Assembly: GCF_001447785.1 (NCBI RefSeq)
Contig: NW_015165243.1
Location: forward strand, 512,313-576,312
Length of the DNA: 64,000 bases
Direction: 5' to 3'
Origin: Gekko japonicus
Lineage: Eukaryota
Below the pieces are notes generated by a model. It ran no database searches. It worked only from the letters and a program-made list of their open reading frames with translations, and was not told the DNA's origin. Both the position numbers and the translations under genes were made by a program. This document shows, piece by piece, positions 46,731-59,160 of this stretch; within the stretch, counting starts at the first letter, position 1; each line of letters opens with the position of its first letter.

Positions 46731-48229
46731 CCCTAAAATTCTCTCCTCTGAATAGAAACAGTTTGCAAAGTCTGTGGAAGACAGTGAGGGAGAAAGCAGT
46801 TTGTATGTTTTATCAGTAGCCAAGGGCAGTAGAGCAACTATGGGAAATGTCCTGGGATGGGACCATGGTATCCTTTTAGAAATTCTCCAATTTACACTGG
46901 AATTCAGACAAAATCCAGAAGAATAATGGAATTATTGAAAAGGAATTTCTAAAAGGACAATATTCTTCCTTACCTAACAATCCAGATTATCCAGATTTTG
47001 TAATTATGCTAACCACTTTTAAAGCTGTTGAAATAAATCGTAAGTGGTAAAGTTTGTTTTTCCCCATCATAAAACTATAGAATGCAAAGACTAAATTAAT
47101 ATCCTAAAGTCAATTCATACACATATTTGCTTAACCAAAGAAAAGGATATAAAGATATACTAAATGTTTAACCACATGGAGATGCATAAACATTTTAAAA
47201 GCATTTACTGACACACACAAAAAAAGCAAGTGAAAGAAAAATCTTACTGAAGTGTGTGAAATTAATAATACACTGTATGTTTTCTGAAAGGCAGACATTT
47301 TTGAGGCTGAAGTTATTAGTTCAACTTCCTATCCTGGCACAATCCATCTATAATTAGAGAAGCAGAAAAATGGCAGGGGAAGGGCCCATGAACAAATCAC
47401 CAACACATACTTTCGTATAATATTCTCTACAGGTCTGTATTAAGTTTTCATTTTTTGTTTTTTCAATGTCATGCCTTTTGTTTTGTCAAAATATAAGTAT
47501 TTAATATGCATAGGAACCTTATTCTTTCAAACTGATCAGACTTCAGCTTAACCACTGAGAAAAAAAGAAATTTTACTATTCCCAAGGAACCTATAATTTG
47601 AAAACGGAAGCACACAAGAATATGCTTTACTTTTCAGGCAATGAATGGGAGATAATGCAGAGAACTGGCATAAAATATTGGCTCATATTCCTTCATATGT
47701 CACCTCATTAATTTAATAGACTTGAGAGAGAAGGGGAGAAAGTGATCACAAATCTAGCTAAAATGACTAGTATTGCTCATTTGTGTTCAGAATAGGTTGC
47801 TTTCTCAAAAAAATATTTGAAAGTCTAAAAAATTATATCTAATGTAAGTAATGAAAAATTCATGTGAAACTGCCACTTATGTTTAACATGGCTATTCAGG
47901 CTTAAATCCAAAATCTAGGGTATAATGATAGGAATGTCAATCAGGATACAAATAAACTAATCCATTCCACAGTTAATTTAGAATAAAGGAGACTACTGAA
48001 GCGTCCTCCAGATGCAAGTTTGTACCTGGTGCAACTTAATAGACAGAGGGTCAAATCAGATGAAGTTGCAAGATCCTTGAACTTATCTCCAGCATTTTAA
48101 TGGTTAAATAGCAGCTGCCATGGTTCCCAAGTTGAACTGAAGCTGTGACACGGGGACAGGGGGGGTTCAACCCTTTTCTCATGCTTTTTGCCTAAACTCA
48201 GATGCAGTACAGTAATATGCTATTTACCT

Positions 48230-48411
48230 CAGTGAGTTATTTTGTTTTGCTGTCAAGTTGCAGCTGACTTATGATGGCCCATTAGGGTTTTCAAGGCAAG
48301 AGGCATTCAGAGGTGCTCTGCCATGGCCTGCCTCTGCATAGTGACCCTGGTATTCCTTGGTGGTCTCCCATGTGAAGAGAACAGGTTGGTCTGGGCCATC
48401 CAAGTCAGGTC
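48230..48411 (-). mobile_element. 5S-derived SINE, internally deleted
   Basis: Same family as 3621-3841. TSD atttacct at 48222-48229 and 48412-48419. Confidence 0.8.
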
Positions 48412-48806
48412 ATTTACCTTGCTGGGGGACACCAGCAGATGGCATTTATCTTTTCATGCAGTGGCACAAAAAGGATGCTGAAGTGAGGAAAATAGCACAA
48501 GAAAAGCTAACCATCTCTTCCCTCATCCCATGATTCCAAACTGAATCAGGGACTTCTGGGGCTGCATTTTAGCAATAAAAATGCACAGGGAATAGGGATG
48601 CTGTAAATTTTACTGAAAATGTGTTCAGTACCCAAACATATAGTTAATGACCTGTGAGCTGAACGGCCAATCTGTTTGCCCATCCATTAAACCCTTTGAA
48701 TGGTTGTCAAACAACTTTATACTTGCACAGTACCCTTTCCAATTTTAGTATATGGCCTGCCGAAGTGAGCACCTTGCAGAGTACCTGTGATGGTAGTGTT
48801 TTACTA

Positions 48807-49072
48807 CCAGTTTGGTGTAGTGGTTAGGAATGCGGACTCTAATCTGGGAGAACTGGGTTTGATTCTCCACTCCTCCACATGCAGCTGGTGGCGTGACCTT
48901 GGGCCAGTCACTAAATCTTTCAGAGCTGTCCTCCCAAGGGCAGTTCTTGGGAGATATCTCTCAGCCCCACCTACCTCACAGGGTGTCTGCTGTGGGGAGG
49001 GGAAGGGATTTTAAGCCGCTCTGAGATTCCTTCAGGTAGTGAAGTGTGGGGTATAAATCCAATCTCTTCTTC
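48807..49072 (+). mobile_element. Squam3-type SINE
   Basis: Head ccagtttggtgtagtggttagg and tail ggtataaatccaatctcttct. Confidence 0.88.
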
Positions 49073-49229
49073 GTTTTGCAGGGGCTTTTGCATCTGCATA
49101 CTTGGTGAAACTGTTTCTAACTGGGGTCATGGATGACTGGATTAAGTCATTAGACAATGTGAGAGAGAAACTATATCTCTCATAACAAAAGAAAGCATGA
49201 AGAAATGCCTAATACTTGGTTGGGTCTGC

Positions 49230-49450
49230 ATATGAACCATTTTGACCCAGTTACCATGATGGAAGTTGACAGGATCCTGGGATCTATGAAGGCCACCTGT
49301 GCACTGGATCCTTGCCCATCCTTGCTTTTAAAATAATGTAAAAACCATATTAATGAGCCCATGATATGTATCACAAATCGCTCACTAACTCATGGCACCT
49401 TCCCCTGGCCATGCAAAAAGGCTGTTATCCATTTCACTTCTTAAAAAAAC
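49230..49450 (+). mobile_element. Old L2 fragment
   Basis: Translation EVDRILGSMKATCALDPCPS. Confidence 0.65.
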
Positions 49451-49588
49451 CACACACATCTAGACTCAAATCTGATTTGTTTAAGAAGGGAAATGTAACA
49501 GACAAGGGGTTAGACCTAGTGCAAAATTTTGGCTCGAGTTAGATCTCTTGCGCAAGTCAAAACCCACACACCAAAAAATAATGGTAGC

Positions 49589-50389
49589 CTGGTCCATAGC
49601 TACAGTGGGGCATTTCGGGACCACGCCCCCTCACTTACAGGTCCCATCCCACAAGATCTGAGCCAGTAAAGCCTTTTTTTTAAAGTATTTTAATTTTTAG
49701 ATTTTTTTCCAAGCTGCACGCACCAACACTGTGCCCTACCCAGCTGGTCCTGACCTCGTCCTTGCTAGCTCTGCCCTCCCATGCTGCTGGCTTTCTGCAT
49801 TCCTTTTTAGCCACTCCAGCTGCTCTGAGCAGGAAGTGGCGATCGACACACTGCTTGGTGAAAAGGACACCAAGAGCTCTGTTCCAGCCGTGCAGGGCTG
49901 GCTCCCAGCAATTGCATGCAGTGCTGAGGCACTTTGGGCTGCCCATGGCCTGCATTGTGACCTTCAGCAGAGAGAGGTGCGGGTGAGTGGTTCTCTGTGT
50001 GTCCAAACTGCAGCAACTGTAGCTACTCAGTTCAGAGCCTGGCTTTAGGAACCTGCAGCATTTTGCTTTTGATACTGGCCCTGGGGCTCAATGACTGCTT
50101 TGTTCCCTTGGCAAGCTGGCTTCCTAGCTAGAAACACTCATTCAGTCAGGTCCAAGCTTCTTTGCTATTTGCTCCTATCAACCCACCACCACCATGCTTG
50201 TTGCCACCCCTCTTTAATAGAAAGAGACAGCCTGAATTGTAGCAATTGTTGAATTGTTGATGTGATGATATGAACCCAGTGGAATGCTGGGGGGGGGCTA
50301 TTATTACTTAATCTAATTAAGCTACCCATTCCCCTACCCCAGTGCCAAGTCCCTGCCCCACCAACCAGAAATTCCTGGCTACAGGGCTG
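49589..50389. mobile_element. hAT non-autonomous transposon (801 bp)
   Basis: Ends ctggtccatagc / gctacagggctg. Perfect 8-bp TSD atggtagc at 49581-49588 and 50390-50397. Confidence 0.82.
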
Positions 50390-50659
50390 ATGGTAGCCAT
50401 ATGTGCTAACTGTATCTCTATTTGCATTTCCGCTTGTTCATTTGAACTGAAACCAATTTCTGGGCACTATAATATAGAAGGAGGATAGCTTTAGTTGTTT
50501 CACAAGATCTTGAGCAAACAGAACTGCACTAAATCCATTCATGTTTCTGCTTGTGTATCACTGAATCCAAGCCAAGGGGAATTTGGTTTAGGCTCACAGT
50601 TTAAGGAATATGGCCTAGAAAACTTAATTGTTTTAATTGTAATTCATATGTTTTACTTT

Positions 50660-50730
50660 CTGTAAGCCACCCTGAGCTGGCCTCGGTCGGGAGGGTGGGA
50701 TATAAATATGACAAATAAATAAATAAATAT
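50660..50730 (+). mobile_element. L2-type 3' tail
   Basis: tgtaagccaccctgagc...gggagggtggga followed by (TAAA)n. Confidence 0.7.
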
Positions 50731-53425
50731 TCCGCTGGTGAACTGCTGTACTTTAAAACATCATAGTAAAAGGACCACACGGCAGTGGGAAGAGAACACT
50801 TGGTAAAAGCAGCGGACAGTACCTTTGTAAAATCCATAAGTGTCAACAACGAAGTGCAATTGCACAGATTTGAGGCACATTTGGAATGCAAACAGATTTA
50901 ATATTTTAAAGGGCCCATACAATGAAATTCATCAGTGACAATCCAATTGTCGCATTCTGGCAACATCTCATCAAAGAGCTTTTGAGCCCATCGATTCCAG
51001 TCGCATATAATTAAGCATATGGCTTAAATTCAGGCAAACTAGGTATACAGAAGATCTTCAAAAACAGAATGAGTAGTTGTAGTGGGCCACTGGATTTTGT
51101 TAATGCACTGGTACAAAAGAGAAATGCTATTTTAGGTTGCACTTCCTCAAGATTCAGTAAATACTTGCACTACTTGATTCAGATTATTTATGTGTTTGTT
51201 TGTTTTATTCCTGTTATTTTACAAAATGTATTTCTTGCCTATCTTCCCTCACAGGGGTCACCAAAATTAATTGGGTGCACTTTGATTGTTTTCAAATGCA
51301 TAAAGAAGAGAAAGAACTGTTAAATATATACAAGGATAAAAGAAAAAGTAAAATCATTAAATTGCAACAAAATACAGATCTGAGACCTTTGGAATGACTT
51401 TTCAACCACAGCATTTTGTCTAGAACTTAATCAAGTTCAAAAACATATCTGAATGCTACTCAAGATAAGCCTTAAAATATAAGATTTGGCAGCTTTTCTC
51501 TCTCTGGTTATCCTATTGTATCACGCAGGAGTTATTCTGTCGTAAAGTACAGTAAATGGAATTAATACAGCAGTCTAAAATAAGTAATCTAATCACTTAA
51601 CAAAGACCCCCTTACTGAGAAAATAAAGATAGGTAAAGGAAGATACAGAGTCAAAACAAATGATGAACAGCCTCACATTAGATGTGCATTGCTGGATTGT
51701 ACCACTACTTACTGGAAGTGATGAACCCTGCAGACTGAAAGGTATCTCCTTCTCTGTTTTTGGCCAGTCTGCCCCCTACAATGATGCCTCACCCCTCTCC
51801 CCCTCATACAATTTCTAATTCCTGCATTTCATATGTATTCATAGTAAAGCTATAATAATTCAGATCTTATCGGGAAAAATGGTTTGGACATATGAATAAA
51901 ACACACAGTATACCAGCATTAATCTAGATAATTGGCTTTACCACACATAAAACATAGTAGCTAGAATTTAAATGAAATACAATAGAAAAAGTTGGGACCC
52001 ACAAGGAATTTGCATGGAGGAGGCATCTTTGTTTTTTCTCTCTCACTCTCTCTTTCTCCCCCACCCCTTTTCTGTAATTCTTCCTTTCTCTTTCTCCCCA
52101 CCCCTTCTATCACTCTTTCTTCCTCTACCCTTCCCATTCTGACACTCTTAAAATTTACTCCCCCTCCTTTTCTCCATCAATCTATTTCTTCATCACTGTG
52201 ACACTCACAGGGAATGGTTGGCTCAATTGCCTGCCTCCTCTCTACCACTGTACTTTTCTGCCTGCCCAGCCATCTCCCTCTACGCTGTTCTGGCCACCCA
52301 AGTAGGTTTGCTGTGACAGCAGGTTGGTGGTGGTGGTAGAGATGTTGGAGGTCTCTGTAGAGGCTCCCAGTCCTTCTCTCTCACACACACCTCCAAGTCA
52401 GTGGTATAGTTAGGTAGCAATGGATTTGGGATGCAGAGTGGTTGGCAGCAGAGGTTGCCAGTTTTCCTCTGCCTACTGCTCTGCTTCCACAGCAGTTGCA
52501 GGGAGGATTTGGCTTCCTCACCCACACCCCTTCACTGATGTGCTTGCCTGGACCTCCCCCTCTCCATTATTCTGGCTGCCCAGTCACATCTCCCCCCCCC
52601 CCCCTTTTCCCCCCCCACCCTTTTGCCCTTCCCGCACAGCCATTTGGCTCAAGCTGTGGTGGGAGAGGTAGCAGCTGCTGCCATGGTGGCAGCAGAAGGG
52701 GCAGCACAGTGGTGGAGGTAGGCAGGTCAGCAGCACATGAAAGATGTGCGGGGAGTTGGGACAGGAGATTCTTAGTTCCCCTAGCCTGCTCATCCACAGT
52801 AATTGTTCTTGTTTTGTTTTCAAAAAATCCTTTTTTATGGTTTGGGATTTCTCTGCAAATCTGGGAGTCCCCACAAGTTTGTAGAAAGATCTCTCTTCTA
52901 TCAACATGGTACCAATCTACAGATTCTCTGCTACTGAATGACAGCTCCACCCCAACTAAATTCCAGATTTAATCTGAGAAAGTTTTATCTAAAATAAATT
53001 TTGGGGAGGAAAGAATGCATGGCAGAACAAGCCCATGGCACAGTAAAGAAAAAGAATGGGACAAATCAGGTCATCCTTAGACATTACCATCTCAATCCAC
53101 TGCTGACTTGCTCAAATAAATGAATTATCTACAACATTAAATAATTTCATTACATCTTGACAATAGCTGTCAGAATGAGAAAGCATCTCCTAAATCATTA
53201 TTTGCTTATCAGCATGTCAGCTAGTATTCTGTTCACATTCAGCGCTCTTTAATTTATACATTTGTCACGGTTACAAAAAAAGGTGTTCTGTGCATCAGTG
53301 GTTTACTAGCAGTGACTCAGAACTTAACTGAATTTCTATATCTGGATGTAAAATACAATGCCTTCAGAATCCAATAAGAAATATTTCCACGCTGATTTTG
53401 AAAGATAAACAATGAAGCAACTAAC

Positions 53426-53561
53426 CTGTAAATGCTGAGAATTGTCCGTCATATTGTCTTCACGCCTACGAACTTCTTCTAGCAACTGAGCATTCTTCTT
53501 CTTTTCTATTTGTTGATTGTGCTTCAGGTTGGCCACCTTCTTGTTTTGATCTTTCATATGT
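53426..53561 (-). CDS. ERC2: Internal coding exon of ERC2 (ELKS/RAB6-interacting/CAST family member 2, CAST1), 136 nt; phase-2 acceptor, phase-0 donor
   Basis: Translates as (R)HMKDQNKKVANLKHNQQIEKKKNAQLLEEVRRREDNMTDNSQHLQ. This matches recalled ERC2 rather than ERC1 (QVKDQNKKVANLKHKEQVEKKKSAQMLEEARRRED). Minus-strand acceptor is ttcttag|A (AG at 53563-53562) and donor is CAG|gttagt (GT at 53425-53424). Confidence 0.95.
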
Positions 53562-54212
53562 CTAAGAATTGTATGCATACACCTGTTAATTCTAATGGCT
53601 CTGTTAAGAAAATTGCTATAAATGTGGTATAAATAATTCACGTATGATTAATTACTTATACTGTAGAGATCATGTCTGTAAATCAGCAAACTGAACATGA
53701 AATGTGCCGTTGCACGGCAGAAACAATTATCTCAATTCTTTAAACTGTTCAAAAACATTTTCTAGTCTGTTTAAGATCATGGCAGCATCTTCATACAATA
53801 TAACTTGAATGTATAAGGTGATTTTTCAAAAAAAATATCATGTTTTAGCTTCACTCAGATTTATTATGAGGCTGCTTAGTTGGTATGGTTTTAGACAACA
53901 GTCAGATTCTCAAGTCCCAAGTATCACTAATTTTAGGACAAAAATGTTTAATAGCCTATCATTTTGTTATTGAAGCCAGTGAAATCTTCCCATAGCTATG
54001 GTTGTGTTAGTAATCCAACTTTTCTATTTGTCCATCCGCTGTGGGTTAGGGCTTGTAGGCTTGACCTCTGAGGAATGAACATATTAATAAGATTCACTGG
54101 TTCTTTTAAAATATCAACTGAAAGGATGTAATTAAGAGCTAATTTTTTCACTGTATTGAAGAAATGTTCTGAATAAACCTTGATCCAATGCAATTTTTAA
54201 AAATTCATGTTT

Positions 54213-54411
54213 AATAATGAATTTGTCTTTATGTATACATTTTTTTAGTTCAAGTTGTTATGCATTACCACTTTTTTTAGTTCAAGTTGTTATGCATTAC
54301 CACATTTTTTTTAGTTCGTTGTTATGCATTACCACTAAAAGAACTAGCATATTGTTAATGCATAACAACTTGAACTAAAAAAAATGTATACATAAAGACA
54401 TATTCATTATT
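54213..54411. repeat. 55-bp inverted repeat enclosing a roughly 32-bp tandem triplication
   Basis: Arms 54213-54267 and 54356-54411 differ by one substitution and one indel. Unit ttttttagttc(aa)gttgttatgcattaccac occurs three times. Confidence 0.9.
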
Positions 54412-55030
54412 CAAATAGCATGAGTGATTATTTGTCTTTATTTGATAAACCACTGCCATAAAACCCCAGCAACTAATGACAGAAAACTGTTTCTACATGC
54501 TTGGACTCTTAGATAATAATTTATTTGACTTTCTAATGATTTTGAGGAATGCCCTTCTTTTTAGCTATATAATAATAGTCATGTGCAAATTCCAAATGAG
54601 ATCTACACACTAATCCTTTTTTGGCAAAGGGAATGGATATTTATTAATGCCCATATGATCACTGGAAATGTTCCAGTTTCTTCTAGTTCTTTATGTTCCT
54701 CTTTACTACAGTATGAAAATATTTAGTTACAATGTATCAGTTGATCATCAATATGCTGTAGAACCTGGTTAATATTCTCATATTCCCTCTATGCTCCTGT
54801 ACATTTACCTTTTTATTGCAAGGCCCTTTTTGTGAATCTCCAGTATACAAGTACTTACAAGGTCTTTATTGGAAAGTTCTGATTATAGCAAAGCTTTATA
54901 AAACTGTCACCCATTCACCATTATTATATAAAGGTAGATGGCAATGACATGAGAAATCTCAGTCTACTATAACTCTAGGGGTAGAAGTCTAGCACCAATC
55001 CCTAAACATGTTGATGGTCACTGTTTTAAC

Positions 55031-55840
55031 TAGGGATGGGCATGAACAATTCGGTTCAGTTCATGGTTCATAGCATGTGTGGTTCATGAATCATGAACTG
55101 TCACAACTTTTAGGGGCTGAACAAAATGGTTCTGTGAGGTTTTTAATGTGGTAGAATGCACACAGACCCTGCCGGCATGCTAGAGACACCAAATTCACAG
55201 GGGATCTTTAGCTGACTCTCCACATACCCTCCAAGTTTGGTGAGGATTAGATTTACAGGGTCCACGTTACAGCCCCCAAGAGAAGGTGCCTCCAGAAAAG
55301 TGCTTTCTGGGGAAATGGCAGAAATTACAGGTGCAGGTTCAGGACATCCAGATATTTATAGAATGGACCCTGTGCAAGCTAGAGGCATTAAACACACAGG
55401 GGACTTCCCACGATGCTCCTCTACGTGCCCTCTGAGTTATATGCAAATTGAACTTAGGGGGTCCAATTTATAGTCCCCCAAAGAAGGTGCCACTAGGAAA
55501 GTGCTTTGGGGGGATATGTCAGGTGCAAGTTCAAAAGTGTATAGAATGGACCCCCTGCAAGCTACACACATCAAATGCACAGGGAACCCCACCGTGCCAC
55601 CTGTGCCTCTACAATCTTGCCAAGCTGGGGGGCAGACTGTATTTCTGGGGTCACAGTTATGGACCCCCCAAAAAGGTCTCCCGCATTTATACCCTCCCAC
55701 ACCTCCTGAGTGTGAACACTTCTGTGTGCCATGAGGGTGAAAGTGGGTACAAAGGGTGCTTGTCAAAGGGGAAGAAGTCCTCCACCCCCTGCATACCACA
55801 GGCCCCCATCCCCAGGCACCAAACCTATCCTGTGAGCTGA
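55031..55840 (+). mobile_element. hAT-like element (left end plus roughly 200-bp internal repeats)
   Basis: Starts TAGGGATGGGCATGAAC with gttc-rich subterminal repeats. Repeated ccccaa.agaaggtgcc..aggaaagtgcttt...tatagaatggaccc block. The right TIR was not located. Confidence 0.5.
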
Positions 55841-56556
55841 ATTACCTGCAAAAGTAAATCCAAAAGGAGACTTCAACAAAGTGAAATGCACATGTAATCA
55901 GAAATGAATCTATACATATAATCCATCATTGGAAAATACAGAAGTTCACAGGATCCATAGAAGGAAAAAAACAAAGTCCCGAGTAGATATCCAACACTTT
56001 TCCTAGGTGTTTGGTCCTGTTTACATAGAAGCAACCTTGAGAGGTGCATATTAAAGCTTAGGAGACCTGGCCCATAAAGAAACTGAATAGTATTGTCCTG
56101 TAAAGAAATTGGAATGAGACTTCCTAATGTTGTTCTTTGTTCCTGAGGAAGGACCAGAAGTCTGAAACACTGCATGCTACCTAGGAAAAGTGTGTGATAT
56201 CTACTCTGGACTTTCCCCCCCCTTCTATGGATCTGGTTTAAGGCTCTCATTATGTGATAAAAAGAATGGGGGGGGGAAGAGGTTAGAAAAATATAATTTT
56301 TTCTGTTTATTTCTTGTGGTCTATCATGCAATTAATATCACTAAATTACAAATACACACATTGAGACACATTGATCAGCACTCGTGGTCATATAATTGCA
56401 CCTGGCAAACGCATGAAAGGTAGTTTTATACTATTATTGATTGGAAAGAAAGGTTATTCAAATCAATGCAGTAAAATGGTTTGGTGGGTCATGTAAGAAC
56501 ATATGACATATTAGAAATATTCTTTGTGCAGGTATTGCTAGCAAGATAGCTCAAAC

Positions 56557-57055
56557 CAGGGGTCCTTTCATAGAAAAAGAGGTGCAGGAGCTCATTAGTA
56601 TAACTTATTAGCACAACTTATTTGTGTATGCCACACCCCCTGACATCACCGAAAGTGTGTCAGAAGGCAACACCCACCGCTCAGGTTCCACTGGACTGTT
56701 TTGGATTTCTAGCTATTGGGGGAGGGGAACGTGCAGATCTGTCCACGCAGAGGAGGGAGAGCTTGTACCTGAATAAAACTGGACAGTTTTGGATTGCTAG
56801 CTATGCCACTGGACAGTTTTGGATTGCTAGCTATGGGTGGGGGGAATGCGCAGATCTGCCCTCACAGAGGAGGGAGAGCTTGTACCTGAAGGCGGGATGG
56901 GGGGGCTTTGCAACTTACCTGGCTGCTTCTTGCTCCTCGTGACCCGACTGAGGGCTGCTGGGAGCAGGAAGCCGGGCTTGTTGCATGTGCCCACCCCCTG
57001 GGCTCCTTACTGCCGGAGCTCTGCTCCTGTGCGCTCCCAGAGGAAATGACCCCTA
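56557..57055. mobile_element. hAT MITE (499 bp) with an internal tandem duplication
   Basis: TIRs caggggtcctttc / gaaatgaccccta. Perfect 8-bp TSD gctcaaac at 56549-56556 and 57056-57063. Confidence 0.87.
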
Positions 57056-57870
57056 GCTCAAACTATTTTTTCCAGTCCAAGCAGGTACCCTTGTGGGTCA
57101 CTTGGACCTGAGTGTTCCTAATAGGTTCAGGAGGTGACTATTGGAATTGGATACACCTATGCCATGAACAGCTAGGAGAAGAATGGTCATGCCTCTAGGA
57201 ACTTGTCCTTCTCCTAGCAGCTACCAATGTGGCTCTTGGAGGCAGCAACCGGGTACAAACTATATCAGTTGTTTCTACCACACTACTACTAGCTGTGTAG
57301 ATATATTTGTCTTCCAAGCACCATGGAGACTAATGTACATATTAACTATTGCTTATTCACAGAGTACTCAGCTGTGAGGCATTATGGTCTGTCAAGTTTG
57401 GGTGTTGAAGACAGTGGCTGCAAAGAAACATTCTGCATACTGATGAGGGGTCTGATATTGCAAACTATGAGTACAAGAACAGTTTACAAATAAAACACAT
57501 TTTTAAATAAAAACATAATACAGATGAACTCTCTATGGGTTGTGTTTTAAGCATAGCCCATAATTCCTCAGATACCTAAAAATTTCAACAATACAGCAAG
57601 CTGCTTTTGCCCATCAGGGAGCACTCAGTTACCCACTTCACCATGACCACCAAGACAGAAAAGAAGTGTCCAGTCTATGACACCCCAATGGAATGGGAAA
57701 CGATGAAGTCCAGAAGGCTCCCATTATTTTACCATTTCACAGAATGTGTAGAATAGAATTGTTCTGGAGGCCATTCTATAAAGGGAACAGGGTTCTACTT
57801 ATGGACTGTGGAATTCTAGGCAGTCTTCCTTGTGTCATGCACTGTATATATGACAATGTTTTGTTTCATT

Positions 57871-58850
57871 CCCTGAGGGAGATTATCAACAAGTCCCTCA
57901 CTGAGGGACAGTTCCCTGGGGTGTTTAAGGAAACAGTGGTCCGCCCTGTGTTGAAAAAACCATCTCTGGATCTGTCTGAATTGCCCAACTATCAGCCAGT
58001 TTCCAATTTGCCCTATTTGGGCAAATTAATAGAGAGGGCGGTAGCGAGTCAGCTACAGAGCTTTTTGGATGATGCTTCCATCTTAGACCCTTTCCAGTCC
58101 GGCTTTCGCCCTGGTCATGGGATGGAGACAGCACTGGTTGCCCTCACGGTTGACCTCCAAAGGCATCTGGATCGAGGCGGATTGGCGGTGCTGATGTTGC
58201 TGGACCTGTTGGCAGCATTCGACACAGTCGACCATCAGCTACTGGCCCGCTGCCTCGCCAACATAGGAATTCAGGGGCTTGCCTTACAATGGGTCGCTTC
58301 CTTTCTCCAAGGTCAGGGACAAAGGGTGGCACTAGGGGAACAGCAGTCCAAGAGGCATCCACTGGACTGTGGAGTGCCTCAAGGGGCACTGCTCTCCCCA
58401 ATGTTATTTAACATCTATATGTGCCCCCTTGCCCAGACTACCAGGGCCAGGGCTTTCTCGGTGGTGGCCCCATCCTGGTGGAATGCGCTCCCAGAGGAGA
58501 TCAGGGCCCTGCGGGACCTCTTACAGTTCTGCAGGGTGTGCAGGATGGAGCTCTTCCGCCAGGCTTTCAGCTAGGGTGCCACCACCATTATAGAGCCCTG
58601 GCTCTTCGTTTTAACATCCAGCCGCAGGAAGATCTGGAGCAGAAGGATCTTTAGAGAGTATATTGAAATAAGCCATCTTGAGTAACTATCCTCTGCACTT
58701 TATGAAACTGTATTAATAATGGAACTTTTTAATATAGTTTTATGTGGTTTTAACTGTATTTTATGTACTGACTGTGAGCCGCCCTTAGCCTGCATTGCGG
58801 GGACGGCAGGGTATAAATGTGATTAATAAATAAATAAATAAATAAATAAA
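57871..58850 (+). mobile_element. L2 3' portion with an internal deletion removing the YADD region
   Basis: RT motifs YQPVSNLP, QSGFRPGHG, AAFDTVDH and GVPQG..LSPMLFNIYM, then a jump at about 58437 to TRARAFSV. (TAAA)n tail. Confidence 0.93.
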
Positions 58851-59017
58851 TTCATTGTTGTCCAACGTTGTTATCCTACTTTTTTGCATATATTATAAAG
58901 TTTCCTAGCATATTCTCCAATTTTGTAATAGAGGTGGGGGGGGGGTTGCATGGTTTGTATGTATAATATTTTTATTGCATTAATTGTGTAATCTTCCTTG
59001 AGTCTCAGCCAGAAAGC

Positions 59018-59160
59018 TAGATTTGAGTCCAGTAGGACCTTAAAGACCAACAAGAATTTTGGGATATAAACTTTCAAGAGTCAAAGTTCTTTTTGTCACG
59101 TGCTACCGAACTCAAATCTAACTATTCAGCTGCAGGACAACATGGCTACCCTCTGAAACT
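59018..59160. mobile_element. Short palindromic Penelope-derived element
   Basis: tagatttgagt...ccttaaagaccaacaaga...actcaaatcta inverted ends, followed by catggctaccctctgaaact. Confidence 0.5.

Larger units (their letters stand above)
1..53425 (-). other. ERC2: ERC2 intron downstream of the exon (over 53 kb; next exon not seen)
   Basis: No segment encoding the expected next exon (IEELMNALEKTRQELD...) was seen by eye or in the ORF track. ERC2 introns are known to be very large. Confidence 0.75.

Noticed and set aside
51990-52790. Pyrimidine/GC-rich region with several ORFs
   Set aside because: Low-complexity translations and probably TE interior. No termini were found, so it is not called.
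53336-53641. The 101-aa ORF as a stand-alone gene, or as ERC1
   Set aside because: Only the central 45 codons, bounded by AG/GT, match a known protein, and the residues fit ERC2 rather than ERC1.
57693-58574. 293-aa ORF as a domesticated RT gene
   Set aside because: It is random upstream sequence fused to an L2 fragment that lacks the catalytic YADD region.
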